Positions 9,668-20,284 of a stretch of 64,000 bases of DNA are shown piece after piece; position 1 is the stretch's first letter, and every line of letters begins with the position of its first letter. Position numbers and translations under genes: made by a program. The notes under the pieces were generated by a model. It was not told the origin of the DNA and made no database searches. It saw nothing but the letters and a program-made list of their open reading frames with translations. The DNA is from Acidimicrobiia bacterium (GTDB taxonomy: Bacteria; Actinomycetota; Acidimicrobiia; Spongiisociales; JAHEDJ01), in NCBI GenBank assembly GCA_029210695.1, contig JARGFH010000008.1, forward strand, positions 1 to 64,000. Reading direction: 5' to 3'.

Positions 9668-11413
9668 GTGACGGTATCGGTCGGCAGCATCATTCACCCT
9701 GAAGGCGTTCACACGATCGAGGTTTCGACGCCCGAGGAGATGGATCGCTTTCTCGGCGAGTTGGACGCCAACAAGGAACGTTGGGTGCAGACGTCGATCG
9801 AGCGGCGCATCGAGTACCTCGAGTTGATCATGGCCCGCACCCGGGCTCTAGCCGAGCGATGGACCCGTTTGGCCTGCGACGCCAAGGGAATCGCTTTCGA
9901 CGAGCCGGTGTCGTCTGAGGAGTGGAACTCGGGACCCCACCTCACCATTCGCAACGCCCGGCTCCTGCGGAACTCTTTGCGCGACATCCTCGAGCACGGC
10001 ACCCCCCAGTTCCCGGGTCCGGTGACGACACGCAAGGGCCAGACCGTCGTGGGAGTCTTTCCGACCGACATCTACGACCGGCTCCTCTGGACAGGGATCA
10101 AGGCCGAGATCTGGATGGAGCCGGGGGTGACACCTGCCGACCTCGCCGCCACTCAGGCTCTCGCTTATGGAGATGACGCTGATCAGGTCGGTCGGGTCTC
10201 GCTCGTGCTCGGTGCAGGCAACATCGCCTCGATCCCCCCAATGGACGTCATGTACAAGCTCTTCGCCGAAAACGAGGTCGTGCTACTCAAGATGAACCCG
10301 GTCAACGAGTACCTCGGGCCACTCTTCGCCGACGTATTCGCCGACATGATCGACGACGGGTTCATGCGGATTGTCTACGGGGGAGCCGCCGAAGGCGACT
10401 ACCTCAGTCACCACGAGCTGGTCGGGTCCATTCACATGACCGGTTCGGACAAGACCCACGATGCGATCGTGTTTGGACCGGGCGAGGAGGGCGCTGCCCG
10501 CAAGGCGGCAGACGATCCGGTCCTCGACAAGCCGTTCAGTTCCGAACTCGGCAGCGTGACGCCCGTGATCATCGTTCCCGGGCCCTGGTCCGAGAAAGAC
10601 CTCCAGCACCAGGGAAAGAACATCTCGGCCATGCTGACCCACAATGCCGGCTTCAATTGCATCGCGGCGCGGGTCGTCGTGACTCCCGAGAGTTGGACGC
10701 TGCGCGACCGGTTGATCGACGCGATCAAGAACGGCCTGTCGATCACCCCCGAGCGTCCTGCCTACTACCCGGGAGCCGAGGATCGATGGAAGGCGTTCTT
10801 GAAGGAACACCCGGAGGCTGCCGGATTCGGTGAAACGACTCCGGGAACCGTGCCCTGGACACTGATCGAAGGCCTGCGGGCGGAGTCGACGGGGGACGTG
10901 TGCTTCACGACGGAATCGTTCACCGGCCTGTTTGCCGAGGCATCGATCCCTTCGCCGGGGTCGACGGCTGAGTACCTCCGGCGGGCAGTGCAGTTCTGCA
11001 ACGAAGATCTCTGGGGAACGCTCGGCGCCACCATCATCGTTCACCCGAAGTCGCTGAAGGACCCGGAGGTGCGGAGCGCCGTCAACGAGGCGATCGCCGA
11101 CCTCCGGTACGGAACGGTCTGCGTGAATCTGTGGACCGGGGTCGGCTTCTTCTCGACAAGCGCGACCTGGGGCGCATTCCCCGGCTCCCCGAGGAACGAC
11201 ATCCAATCGGGTCACGGTGTTGTTCACAACACGTACCTGTTCGATCGGCCGCAGAAGAGCGTGATGTGGGGCCCGTTCCGAACGCCGGTGAAGCCGCTTT
11301 GGTTCGCCGACCACAAGACGAAGCATCACGTTACGAAGAAGATGGTCGACCTCGATGCGGATCCGTCGCCCGGGAAGCTGCCGGGCATCTTCTGGCTGGC
11401 GTCGAGGGGGTAG
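9668..11413 (+). CDS. Aldehyde dehydrogenase family protein
   Basis: GAGN, HMTGS, ELGSV and AGFNC (catalytic Cys) motifs. Confidence 0.88.
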   Translation: MTVSVGSIIHPEGVHTIEVSTPEEMDRFLGELDANKERWVQTSIERRIEYLELIMARTRALAERWTRLACDAKGIAFDEPVSSEEWNSGPHLTIRNARLLRNSLRDILEHGTPQFPGPVTTRKGQTVVGVFPTDIYDRLLWTGIKAEIWMEPGVTPADLAATQALAYGDDADQVGRVSLVLGAGNIASIPPMDVMYKLFAENEVVLLKMNPVNEYLGPLFADVFADMIDDGFMRIVYGGAAEGDYLSHHELVGSIHMTGSDKTHDAIVFGPGEEGAARKAADDPVLDKPFSSELGSVTPVIIVPGPWSEKDLQHQGKNISAMLTHNAGFNCIAARVVVTPESWTLRDRLIDAIKNGLSITPERPAYYPGAEDRWKAFLKEHPEAAGFGETTPGTVPWTLIEGLRAESTGDVCFTTESFTGLFAEASIPSPGSTAEYLRRAVQFCNEDLWGTLGATIIVHPKSLKDPEVRSAVNEAIADLRYGTVCVNLWTGVGFFSTSATWGAFPGSPRNDIQSGHGVVHNTYLFDRPQKSVMWGPFRTPVKPLWFADHKTKHHVTKKMVDLDADPSPGKLPGIFWLASRG

Positions 11414-11502
11414 CGCGGCGCGCGGTCGGCACCGGGAGGGCCCTTCGGCCCCTCCGGGTGGGTCTTCACTCAGGTGGTCATCGCCGGGCCATCGTCTAAA
11501 CT

Positions 11503-11532
11503 TGAACCGACTCTAAACATAGAGAAGGTTCA
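11503..11532. promoter_or_regulatory. Inverted repeat, probable TetR autoregulatory operator
   Basis: TGAACC-GA-CTCTA-AACA-TAGAG-AA-GGTTCA immediately upstream of the TetR start. Confidence 0.65.
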
Positions 11533-11534
11533 GA

Positions 11535-12134
11535 TTGTCGCTCCGGCAGGCCAAAAAAGAGAAGACCTCGAAGGCGATCCTCGAAGCCGCCTCTGCCAGG
11601 TTTGCGACTGACGGAATCGAGGCCGCCCGCATGGACGACATTGCCGCGGACGCAGAGGTCGCCGTCGGGACGCTCTACAACTACTTCGGTTCGAAGCAGT
11701 CGCTCCTCATTGCTCTCTTCGAGGCCGAGGTCAGAGAGATGCTGGCCGCCGGTAGGGCGGCGGTGTCCCACGACGTCGACCCGGTCGAGGCCGTCCGGCA
11801 CCTCTTCGCCGCCTATCTCGACATCATGCTGGCCACCGATCGAAACCTCCTCCGGGAGGTGCTCCGGTTCAGCCTCTGGGGCGGCGAAGCCATTCAAGAA
11901 CTCGCTCGCCTCGACGAGGAGTTGATGACCCAGCTGGCCGGCGTTCTCTCCGTCCACCAAGAGTCCGGACGCCTCGACTCCTCGCTGGCTGTTGAGGACG
12001 CCGTATTCGTTCTCTACTCGGTTTTGATTGCAGAGCTCATCATCTACTTGAGTCTGGAGGGTGTCGCCCCGGGGGCGGTTCATGCCAACGTCGGCCGGCG
12101 CGTCCGACTCGTTTTCGACGGCCTCAACCCCTAG
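11535..12134 (+). CDS. TetR/AcrR family transcriptional regulator
   Basis: N-terminal HTH MDDIAADAEVAVGTLYNYFGSK. Confidence 0.93.
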   Translation: MSLRQAKKEKTSKAILEAASARFATDGIEAARMDDIAADAEVAVGTLYNYFGSKQSLLIALFEAEVREMLAAGRAAVSHDVDPVEAVRHLFAAYLDIMLATDRNLLREVLRFSLWGGEAIQELARLDEELMTQLAGVLSVHQESGRLDSSLAVEDAVFVLYSVLIAELIIYLSLEGVAPGAVHANVGRRVRLVFDGLNP

Positions 12135-12142
12135 GAGCTTCG

Positions 12143-12847
12143 ATGTCCATCGTCATGAAACAGGTCGACAAGACGTACGGGGAAGGCGCCACCACGGTTC
12201 ATGCCTTGCGCGGCGTCGACCTCGAGATTCCGTCCGGCGAATTCGCCGTCTTGCTTGGACCGAGCGGCTCCGGGAAGACGACCGCGCTCAACCTGACGGG
12301 GGCCATCGACGATGTGACGGCCGGTTCGCTCGTTGTGAACGGCATCGATGTCACGACCTTGACGGCCGACGAGCAGATTTCCTATCGCCGCTCGGAGGTC
12401 GGATTCATCTTCCAGTTCTTCAATTTGATCCCCACCCTGACGGCAGCCGAGAACGTCGAACTAGTCGCCGAACTGACCGGCCACGACGGTGGTGATCGGG
12501 CCCGTGAGGTTTTGAAGCTGGTGGGCCTGGCCGACCGGGCCGACCACTTCCCGGCGCAGTTGTCGGGCGGTGAGCAGCAGCGGGTCGCCATCGCCAGAGC
12601 CCTCGCCAAGGAACCGCCGATTCTCCTGTGCGATGAGCCGACCGGCGAGCTCGACTTCGAGACCGGTCGGATGATCCTCGGGCTGTTGCGGGACTTGAAC
12701 CGCCGGAACAACCAGACGGTGCTCATTGTCACCCACAACGCGGCGGTCGGGGATATGGCCGATCGCGTCCTGCGATTGCGGTCGGGGATGGTGGTTGATG
12801 ATCTTCGGATCGACTCTCCGGTGGAGGCGGAGGCACTGACATGGTGA
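12143..12847 (+). CDS. ABC transporter ATP-binding protein (LolD/MacB type)
   Basis: GPSGSGKT, LSGGEQQR and DEPTG motifs. Confidence 0.95.
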   Translation: MSIVMKQVDKTYGEGATTVHALRGVDLEIPSGEFAVLLGPSGSGKTTALNLTGAIDDVTAGSLVVNGIDVTTLTADEQISYRRSEVGFIFQFFNLIPTLTAAENVELVAELTGHDGGDRAREVLKLVGLADRADHFPAQLSGGEQQRVAIARALAKEPPILLCDEPTGELDFETGRMILGLLRDLNRRNNQTVLIVTHNAAVGDMADRVLRLRSGMVVDDLRIDSPVEAEALTW

Positions 12848-15195
12848 GCACGCTCAATCGGAAACTCCGGCGCGACATCCGCCGACACCGTGCCCAGTTC
12901 ATCGCAGTTGCAGTAACCGTCTTCCTCGGCGTCACGATGTTCGTAGCCTCCTACGACTCGTACCTCAATTTGGACGCCTCCTATCAGGCCACCTTCACCG
13001 AGTACCGATTCGCCAACGTGACCTACGTCGGGGGCGATGTCGAGACGCTGGCGGGCTCGGTGGCCGTGGTTGAGGGTGTCGAGTCGGTGGCGGTGCGGAC
13101 CGTGGCCGACCACCCTCTTCAGATAGGCGGGGTCAAGATGCTCGGCCGGGTCGTCGGCGTGCCCGCCGACCGGCAGGCGGACGTCAATCAGTTGAAAGTG
13201 CTCGAGGGCTCGTATCTCGGCGTGGGCGACTCCGTGCTCGTCGAAGAGCACATGGCGAATCACTTCGACTTGAGCCCCGGTGAATCCATTGACGTTCTCG
13301 CCGGCGACAACTGGGTTTCAGCTGAAGTGGCAGGCATCGTTTCTTCGCCCGAGTACATCTGGCCTTCGCGCAGCCGCCAGGAACTCATCACCACCCCCGA
13401 CAACTTTGGTGTGATCTTTACCACTGAGGAAACCGCGCAGAAGTTCACAGAGTCCGGCCCGAATGAACTGGCCGTCTATTTCGATGGCGGCGCGGAAAAC
13501 GACGGTCTGCTCGAGCAGTTGGCGCCTACGGCGACGGCGGCGGGGGTCGCAGCGGATTACACGCGAGCGGAGCAGCCGTCGAATGCTGCGCTGTCTGAGG
13601 ATATCAAGGGATTCGAGGAGATGGCAGGGTTCTTCCCCTTGTTGTTCCTTACGGCCGCCGGTCTGGCGTCGTATGTGATGATCAGCCGCCTCGTCCACGC
13701 GCAGCGCCCGCACATCGGAGCGATGCTCGCCAACGGGATGACGAAAGGGAAGGTACTCAGGCATTATCTCGGGTACGGGGTGGTTCCGGGGGTGGTGGCC
13801 GCCGTTCCCGGAGCGATTGCCGGAGCGTTGCTCGCCCGCGTCATCACTACCTTCTACACGGGACTGTTGTCGGTTCCGGTGACCCTCATCGAGTTCTACC
13901 CGATCAACGCCGTCGGCGGGATCCTCTTCGGCGTTGGAGCTGCCTTCCTGGCCGCCCTGGCGCCCGCCCTCGTCGCATCGCGTATTCGCCCTGCAGAAGC
14001 AATGCGTGGCGAGACTCCCACGGGAGGAGGGCAGATCAGCCTGCTCGAACGAATCATCCCGCCGCTTCGACGTTTGCCGATCCGCTGGCGCATGCCGCTT
14101 CGTGGTATCGGACGCAATCCGCGCCGCACGATCTACACGGTGGTAGGGGTAGTGCTGTCGCTGATGCTGGTGCTCGTGTCGTGGGGGATGATCGACACGG
14201 TCAACTACCTGATGAACACTCAGTTCGTCGACATCCAGCAGGAGGACGCGACGGTCTATTTCATCGGTCCGGTCGCGCCCGCCGAAGTCGCAGCACTGAC
14301 CGGACTCGACGGCATCGACTCCGTTGAAACGAGCCTCCAGGTTCCGGTCACGCTGGTCGCCGGGGTCGAGGATTACGACACGGCGCTGGTCGCTCTTGCG
14401 TCCAATACGCAGATGCACAGGTTCCTGTCCGTGAACGGTGATTGGCTCGATCTGGGGTCCGAGGGCGTGCTGGTTGGTAAGGCCGTTGCGGATCTCCTGG
14501 GAGTTGAGGTCGGTGACCCTCTCGAGGTGCAGGTGGGGGCTATCGGGGCATCGTTCACAGACGAGATCGCGGGATTTCTCGATGAGCCCCTCGGGACACT
14601 CGCCTACATCTCGACCGAGCGTGTCGAGGGACTGGTGGGGTCCCGTCTGCCTGCCACCTCAGCCTTGATTAGATACGAGGAAGGTTTCGAGGGAAGCGAC
14701 CTCCGACCGGCCATCACCGCACTGCCGGGTGTCGCAGCGTTCAACGACTCCAAGGCGATGTTCGACATGATGCAGCAGTTCATGCTGCTCTTCTATGCGT
14801 TTGTCGGGGTGATGCTGGTATTCGGCGGAGCGATGGCGTTCGCCCTGATCTTCAACGCAATGAGCGTGAATATCGCCGAGCGGCGTAGGGAAGTCGCGAC
14901 CTTGCTGGCCGTCGGGACCGATCGTCGAACGATCAGTCGGTTGATCACAACCGAGAACTTGATCGTGGCGATCATGGGTATCCCGATCGGGCTCTTGGCC
15001 GGGTATTACCTCTCCAAGGCAGCGATGGGAACCTTCAGCAGTGACATGTTCTCGTTCGATCTCTATGTGAAGCCGATGACCTTCGTCTGGGCTTCGCTGG
15101 CCATAGTGGTGGTGGCGCTCGTCAGCCAGATCCCCGGCTTGCGAGCAATTCGCAGGATCAGCATCCCGGAGGTCATCAAGGAGCGAGCGGCCTGA
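12841..15195 (+). CDS. ABC transporter permease (FtsX-like, duplicated)
   Basis: Two FtsX-type TM blocks; ERRREVATLLAVG motif; overlaps the ATPase gene. Confidence 0.92.
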   Translation: MVSTLNRKLRRDIRRHRAQFIAVAVTVFLGVTMFVASYDSYLNLDASYQATFTEYRFANVTYVGGDVETLAGSVAVVEGVESVAVRTVADHPLQIGGVKMLGRVVGVPADRQADVNQLKVLEGSYLGVGDSVLVEEHMANHFDLSPGESIDVLAGDNWVSAEVAGIVSSPEYIWPSRSRQELITTPDNFGVIFTTEETAQKFTESGPNELAVYFDGGAENDGLLEQLAPTATAAGVAADYTRAEQPSNAALSEDIKGFEEMAGFFPLLFLTAAGLASYVMISRLVHAQRPHIGAMLANGMTKGKVLRHYLGYGVVPGVVAAVPGAIAGALLARVITTFYTGLLSVPVTLIEFYPINAVGGILFGVGAAFLAALAPALVASRIRPAEAMRGETPTGGGQISLLERIIPPLRRLPIRWRMPLRGIGRNPRRTIYTVVGVVLSLMLVLVSWGMIDTVNYLMNTQFVDIQQEDATVYFIGPVAPAEVAALTGLDGIDSVETSLQVPVTLVAGVEDYDTALVALASNTQMHRFLSVNGDWLDLGSEGVLVGKAVADLLGVEVGDPLEVQVGAIGASFTDEIAGFLDEPLGTLAYISTERVEGLVGSRLPATSALIRYEEGFEGSDLRPAITALPGVAAFNDSKAMFDMMQQFMLLFYAFVGVMLVFGGAMAFALIFNAMSVNIAERRREVATLLAVGTDRRTISRLITTENLIVAIMGIPIGLLAGYYLSKAAMGTFSSDMFSFDLYVKPMTFVWASLAIVVVALVSQIPGLRAIRRISIPEVIKERAA

Positions 15196-15278
15196 GAGGT
15201 TCAGCTTGGTGAGTTCCAGTTCGGATGGCGTCGGCGATAGTGTTCAACGAGCGATCAAGCACTAGGGAGGACCCGGGC

Positions 15279-15920
15279 ATGCGGACGCTCGTCATGTGGG
15301 CAGTAGGGGCGATGATCGCTCTCGCTGCCTGCGGAGGGAGTTCGTCAACAAGCAACGCCAGCCAAACCGAGCCGGTGCCCACCGTAGATGTAGTCGCCGC
15401 TGCAACCACCGGCGACGTTGTATCGGCCTCCCCGTCGTTGCGCGAGCAGATGGACGCCATCCACGAGGCCGTCGCCGCCTGGCGAAGTGCCACATCGGTC
15501 GAGGCTGCCCGGGTGGCCGCTGAAACGGCTGCGAACCTCGTCGTCGGACCGAACGGGCCCGGCTACGGCGATCGCAACGGCGACGGCGTCGTGAGCGGTG
15601 AGACAACCGCAGGAGTGCTACCCGGACTGGACGGCACGCCGCCAGGCCTGGCCGACCCGCTGATGGCGAACGATTGTGTCTTGCGCGACGTGCTCGGCGG
15701 CACCTGGACCGACCCCGGCGCAGAGTGGGGAGCGATGCTGACTGCCATCGACGATTGGCGATCCGACAACAACACCATGCCGTCGCTCGCCAGCCACCCC
15801 ATGCGCATCGTCGGCTGGGCAACGTTCACCCTCCAGTCCGACTCACTTGACGAAGCCCACGAGTATGGGGGTCACGCCAAGCTGCACGTCGATGTTGCCC
15901 TCCGTGCGCTGGACTGCTGA
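15279..15920 (+). CDS. Hypothetical lipoprotein
   Basis: GGAGG RBS; MRTLVMWAVGAMIALAAC lipobox; DRNGDGVVSGE EF-hand-like loop. Confidence 0.75.
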   Translation: MRTLVMWAVGAMIALAACGGSSSTSNASQTEPVPTVDVVAAATTGDVVSASPSLREQMDAIHEAVAAWRSATSVEAARVAAETAANLVVGPNGPGYGDRNGDGVVSGETTAGVLPGLDGTPPGLADPLMANDCVLRDVLGGTWTDPGAEWGAMLTAIDDWRSDNNTMPSLASHPMRIVGWATFTLQSDSLDEAHEYGGHAKLHVDVALRALDC

Positions 15921-16134
15921 TCATCCCCGCGCTGATTCGGTCCTTTCGGCCGACCGGCCCTGATCGCCGGACCGGGCGCCATGGTGGCGGCAGGTCGGGT
16001 GCGGCGGGGGAAACGAACTTGCGCGTTCTAGTGGTCTGTCTGCTATTTGATGACCGGGGTAGGCAGTGCCACGAACCCTGCCACAGCGGGGATCGTCCGG
16101 CAGGAGACCAAGTCACCAAATCCGCGACGGACCA

Positions 16135-16674
16135 CTAGGTGGGTACGAAATAGACGTCGGTCGGCTTCAGCTTGCTGTTTCTCAGGAACCGGGGCTGTAC
16201 TTCTCTGCCGATCCACTCGAGCGATGCCTGCGTGTGATCCAGGCCGATCAATCTGGTGAGGAACAGGGTGTTCACACCTTCGTACTCGATCAGGGCCAGT
16301 ACGAACGGTGTATCCGGCAAGAACTCCTCCGATCCGAAGTAGCAGACGGTGAACGCGTGCACGGTCGCCGTTCGATCGGTGACATCGATCCATTCGGTCT
16401 CCCGACCTGAGTACATGTCATGGCCGCGCGGGGTGGCGTAGGAGTACCCGGATTCGGCATCCTGCGAGGCCAGCAGCCGTTTGTTGGAAGCGCCGGCGAA
16501 CCAGGGGCTGTCCTGTCCATACGAATGGAGGTAGGTGATCGAGTACTCCTGCTCGATCTGGATGGGTGTCATCCGCTTGAGGAACGCCAGGGCGTCCGTG
16601 TCGGTCTCGATGGGAAATGGAACTCCGTGGACGACGAAGCCGCCCAACGTCTCGTCCCGGCGTGCGTCGCTCAT
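16135..16674 (-). CDS. DUF35/ChsH2-like OB-fold protein (thiolase partner), lacking the Zn-ribbon cysteines
   Basis: Starts MSDARRDE, overlapping the thiolase stop (TGATG). Has ATVHAFTV..PFVLALIE..GREV OB-fold pattern. Confidence 0.85.
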   Translation of the reverse strand: MSDARRDETLGGFVVHGVPFPIETDTDALAFLKRMTPIQIEQEYSITYLHSYGQDSPWFAGASNKRLLASQDAESGYSYATPRGHDMYSGRETEWIDVTDRTATVHAFTVCYFGSEEFLPDTPFVLALIEYEGVNTLFLTRLIGLDHTQASLEWIGREVQPRFLRNSKLKPTDVYFVPT

Positions 16675-18041
16675 CAGTTCCCCTCCTTTTCGAGAATGCT
16701 GACCGAAACGTAGGTGCCGGTCCCGGCGTGAGAGTGGATGGCTCCCCGGCGGGCGTCGGCGACTTGCAGCGTCTCGTCCCCGAAGTGCTTGCTGATCGTG
16801 TTCTGGAGTTGCCAAATTGCGAAGACTCCCTGCATCAGCCCCGTTGCCCCCACTGGATGGCCACAGGCGATCAGCCCGCCGGACGGGTTCACAGCGCAGG
16901 CCGGATCCTCGGTCAAATCGAGCCCGTAGTCGATGCCTGGCATGAACGCCTTTCCGGAGGCTGCGAATGGTCCACCCTCGCCATACCGGCACAGTCCCAG
17001 ATCCTCGTAGGTCTGGACTTCGCTGGAGGTGTAGGCGTCGTGAAGCTCGACAAAATCGAGCTCGGCCAGCGGATCGGAGATGCCGGCATGTGCGTAGGCC
17101 ATGTTGCCGGCGGTGCGCCCGGCCCTGAACGAGTGGACCCCCGGATACCGTGTACCTCGCTCCCACAAATCCCGGTAGTAGGAACGAGTGTCATCGGAGT
17201 CCCGCTCCTGATCGGTTGCGTAGTCCGAAATGAATGTCTCGTAGTCGACGTGTGGACGATCACCCATCCGCATGGCATCGGTGCCACGGCCGATGCCGGT
17301 GACCCGGACGAGCGGCCGCGTGATTTCTGCACCGGCTGCCTCCAGCCGCTCGATACCCTCCTCTGAAGCAAAGATCACCGCCGCCGCGCCGTCCGACATG
17401 ACGCAGATGTCCAGGCGGGTCAGCGGCCAGGCAACCATCGGTGAGTTGCGGACGTCGTCGATTGTGTAGCGGTTGCGCTTCTGGGCGTAGGGGTTGTGGT
17501 AGGCGTTGAGGTGGTTCTTGACCGAGACCGCCGCCATCTGCTCGACGGTCGTGCCGTACTCCTTCATGTGGCGGGTCACCATCATTGCGTAGTAGCCCGA
17601 ATAGAACCCTCCCACCGGATAGTCCCACGACACGTCCGATGCAAGCGCAATGAACTCGTTGCCCTTCCAGGTTTCGACGTGGCTCATAGTCTCGAATCCG
17701 TAGGCGACGCACACATCCATGTGGCCGGACGCAATCGACTTCCACGCCTCTTGAAAACAGAGACCGCCGGTAGCGCCCCCACCTTCGACGCGGTGCGATG
17801 GTTTGGGTACCAGTCCCAGATAGTCCTGGGCCATGATCCCGGCCATCAGCTGGCGAGAGAAGTGATCCGAGAAATACGACGCTACCGAACCGTCGACGGC
17901 CTTCGTGAAGGCCGGGAATTCGAGGCCGAGGTCGGCGACGGCGTAGTCATAGGCCTCCTTGACGATGGCCTGGAAGGTCTTATCCGGTCTGGCCTTGGCG
18001 AATTTGGACACACCGCCGGACAGGGCGTAGACAGGTCGCAT
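16674..18041 (-). CDS. SCP2/archaeal-type thiolase-fold protein with Gly at the nucleophilic Cys position
   Basis: RVEGGGATGG, SDGAAA, VELHDAY and NPSGGLIACGHPVGATG motifs; GGAGG RBS before ATG 18041. Confidence 0.9.
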   Translation of the reverse strand: MRPVYALSGGVSKFAKARPDKTFQAIVKEAYDYAVADLGLEFPAFTKAVDGSVASYFSDHFSRQLMAGIMAQDYLGLVPKPSHRVEGGGATGGLCFQEAWKSIASGHMDVCVAYGFETMSHVETWKGNEFIALASDVSWDYPVGGFYSGYYAMMVTRHMKEYGTTVEQMAAVSVKNHLNAYHNPYAQKRNRYTIDDVRNSPMVAWPLTRLDICVMSDGAAAVIFASEEGIERLEAAGAEITRPLVRVTGIGRGTDAMRMGDRPHVDYETFISDYATDQERDSDDTRSYYRDLWERGTRYPGVHSFRAGRTAGNMAYAHAGISDPLAELDFVELHDAYTSSEVQTYEDLGLCRYGEGGPFAASGKAFMPGIDYGLDLTEDPACAVNPSGGLIACGHPVGATGLMQGVFAIWQLQNTISKHFGDETLQVADARRGAIHSHAGTGTYVSVSILEKEGN

Positions 18042-18155
18042 GCAGAGAACCTCCATCGTGTACGGCCTGCGCTGAGACTACCCAGTGCATGGCGCCCCCG
18101 ACGGACGACATGATCACCCTGATTCCGGTTACACAACTTCACTAGCCTCGAATCC

Positions 18156-20135
18156 ATGTACCGGGACATCACCGAAGGAACCGTCCTGTGGGAGCCCTCA
18201 CCGGAGGAGCGCAGAGACGCCAAACTCACGGAGTTCTCGAACTGGCTGGCGCGGTCCCATGGCAAGACGTTCGGCGACTACTCCGCCCTCTGGGAATGGT
18301 CGGTTTCTGATCTCGAGGGATTCTGGGGAGCGGTCTGGGAGTACTTCGGGATCGAGTCGTCCTACGAGCGCGTGCTCAGTGGTCGAGACATGCCGGGCGT
18401 TCGCTGGTTCGAGGGCGCCCGCCTCAACTACGCCGAGCGGGCCTTATCCCGCAGAGACGACCATCTCGCCGTCATCGCCACAGACGAACTCGGCGTCCGC
18501 CGGGAAGTGACCTATGCGGCCCTGGCCGACCAGGTAGCGGCCGCTGCCGCCGGCCTCCGTCGCCTTGGGGTTGGAATGGGAGATCGGGTGGCCGCCCTGA
18601 TGCCCAACATTCCGGAGACGCTGGTGGCGTTCCTGGCCACGGCCAGCCTCGGAGCCGTGTGGTCGAGTTGCTCACCGGAGTTCGGAATCGGAGCGGTGGC
18701 GCATCGCTTCGAGCAGATCGAACCCAAGGTTCTGTTGGCGGTGGACGGTTATCGGTTCGGGGGAAAAATGTTCGATCGTCTCGAGATCGTGGAGGAGCTG
18801 GCAGCTCGGCTTCCTTCCCTCGAGGCGACGGTCATTCTCAACCGAATCGGCACCCGCCGCCCGTCGTCCACACTGGGCTGGGAGGAATTCACTTCTCATC
18901 CGGAACCCCTGCGCTTCGAGCCCGTCCCCTTCGACCATCCCCTGTGGGTCCTGTACTCATCGGGAACCACCGGGCTGCCCAAGCCCATCGTGCACTCACA
19001 GGGAGGCATTCTCCTCCAGCACCTCAAAGATCTGGTCTTTCACATGAACCTCGGTGAAGACGATCGGTTCTTCTGGTACACATCGACGGGGTGGATGATG
19101 TGGAACCTCCTCGTGTCCGGACTGCAGGTCGGCGCAACGATCATCCTGTACGACGGCAGTCCGGGCTATCCCGACCTGAGCGCCCTCTGGCAGATGGCCG
19201 AACGGCTCGAGCTCACCTACTTTGGAACGTCTGCCCCGTTCATCCATGCGTGCCTCAAAGCCGATCTTCACCCGGGTAGCCAGTACGACCTTTCGCATTT
19301 GCGAAGCGTCGGCTCAACGGGCGCACCGCTCACTCCGGACGGGTTTGCCTGGGTCTACGACCGGGTCCACGATGACCTCCTGCTCGGCTCGATCAGCGGT
19401 GGCACCGATCTCTGCGCAGCATTCATCGGCTCGTGTCCTGTGCTTCCGGTGAAGGCAGGCGAGATCCAGTGTCGTTATCTCGGCGCCCGTGTCGAGTCCT
19501 ACGACGTGCTGGGCAAGCCGATCATCGACGAGGTCGGAGAACTGGTCATCACTGCACCGATGCCATCGATGCCCATCTACTTCTGGAACGATCCGGACGG
19601 CTCCAAGTACCGGGCCAGCTACTTCGAGATGTATCCCGGCGTGTGGCGCCACGGCGACTGGATCAAGGTGACCTCCGACGGAGGGTGCGTCGTCTCGGGC
19701 CGATCCGACTCGACGCTCAATCGAGGCGGGGTACGGACGGGAACCAGCGAGTTCTACCGTGTCGTCGACAGCTTCACCGAGATCGAGGACAGCCTTGTCA
19801 TCGATACCGGTGCACTTGGTCGCGAGGATCGGCTATTGCTGTTCGTCGCTTTGAAGGCCGGCTTCACGATGAACGCCGACCTGCAAGATCGGTTGCGCTC
19901 CAAAATTCGGTCAGAGATTTCGCCTCGCCACGTCCCCGACGAGATCCACCGGATCCCCGACATTCCGCGCACATTGAATGGAAAGAAGATGGAGGTGCCG
20001 GTCAAGCGAATCATCGGGGGGGTAGCGATCGAACAGGCGGCCCGCTTGGACGCCATGGCCAATCCGGCAAGTCTGGAGGCCTTCGTCCAGTGGGCGGCGG
20101 AGCGCAGGGATCAGCAGGGCGAGAGGGAGTACTAG
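18156..20135 (+). CDS. Acetoacetate--CoA ligase
   Basis: YSSGTTGLPK, TGWMMWN, ISGGTD, WRHGDW and GRSDSTLN motifs. Confidence 0.93.
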   Translation: MYRDITEGTVLWEPSPEERRDAKLTEFSNWLARSHGKTFGDYSALWEWSVSDLEGFWGAVWEYFGIESSYERVLSGRDMPGVRWFEGARLNYAERALSRRDDHLAVIATDELGVRREVTYAALADQVAAAAAGLRRLGVGMGDRVAALMPNIPETLVAFLATASLGAVWSSCSPEFGIGAVAHRFEQIEPKVLLAVDGYRFGGKMFDRLEIVEELAARLPSLEATVILNRIGTRRPSSTLGWEEFTSHPEPLRFEPVPFDHPLWVLYSSGTTGLPKPIVHSQGGILLQHLKDLVFHMNLGEDDRFFWYTSTGWMMWNLLVSGLQVGATIILYDGSPGYPDLSALWQMAERLELTYFGTSAPFIHACLKADLHPGSQYDLSHLRSVGSTGAPLTPDGFAWVYDRVHDDLLLGSISGGTDLCAAFIGSCPVLPVKAGEIQCRYLGARVESYDVLGKPIIDEVGELVITAPMPSMPIYFWNDPDGSKYRASYFEMYPGVWRHGDWIKVTSDGGCVVSGRSDSTLNRGGVRTGTSEFYRVVDSFTEIEDSLVIDTGALGREDRLLLFVALKAGFTMNADLQDRLRSKIRSEISPRHVPDEIHRIPDIPRTLNGKKMEVPVKRIIGGVAIEQAARLDAMANPASLEAFVQWAAERRDQQGEREY

Positions 20136-20284
20136 CCAATGGATCCCACCTCTGTGTTCTGCTGATTTCGGATTGCGTAACCGGATCGCTCCCATGACAG
20201 AGCGCTCGAATCGATTCGGTTCGTCGATTCTGGTGGCCGGACCCCCCGACCCGGGGTCTACCCTTCTTTGACAGGAGGCAAACC

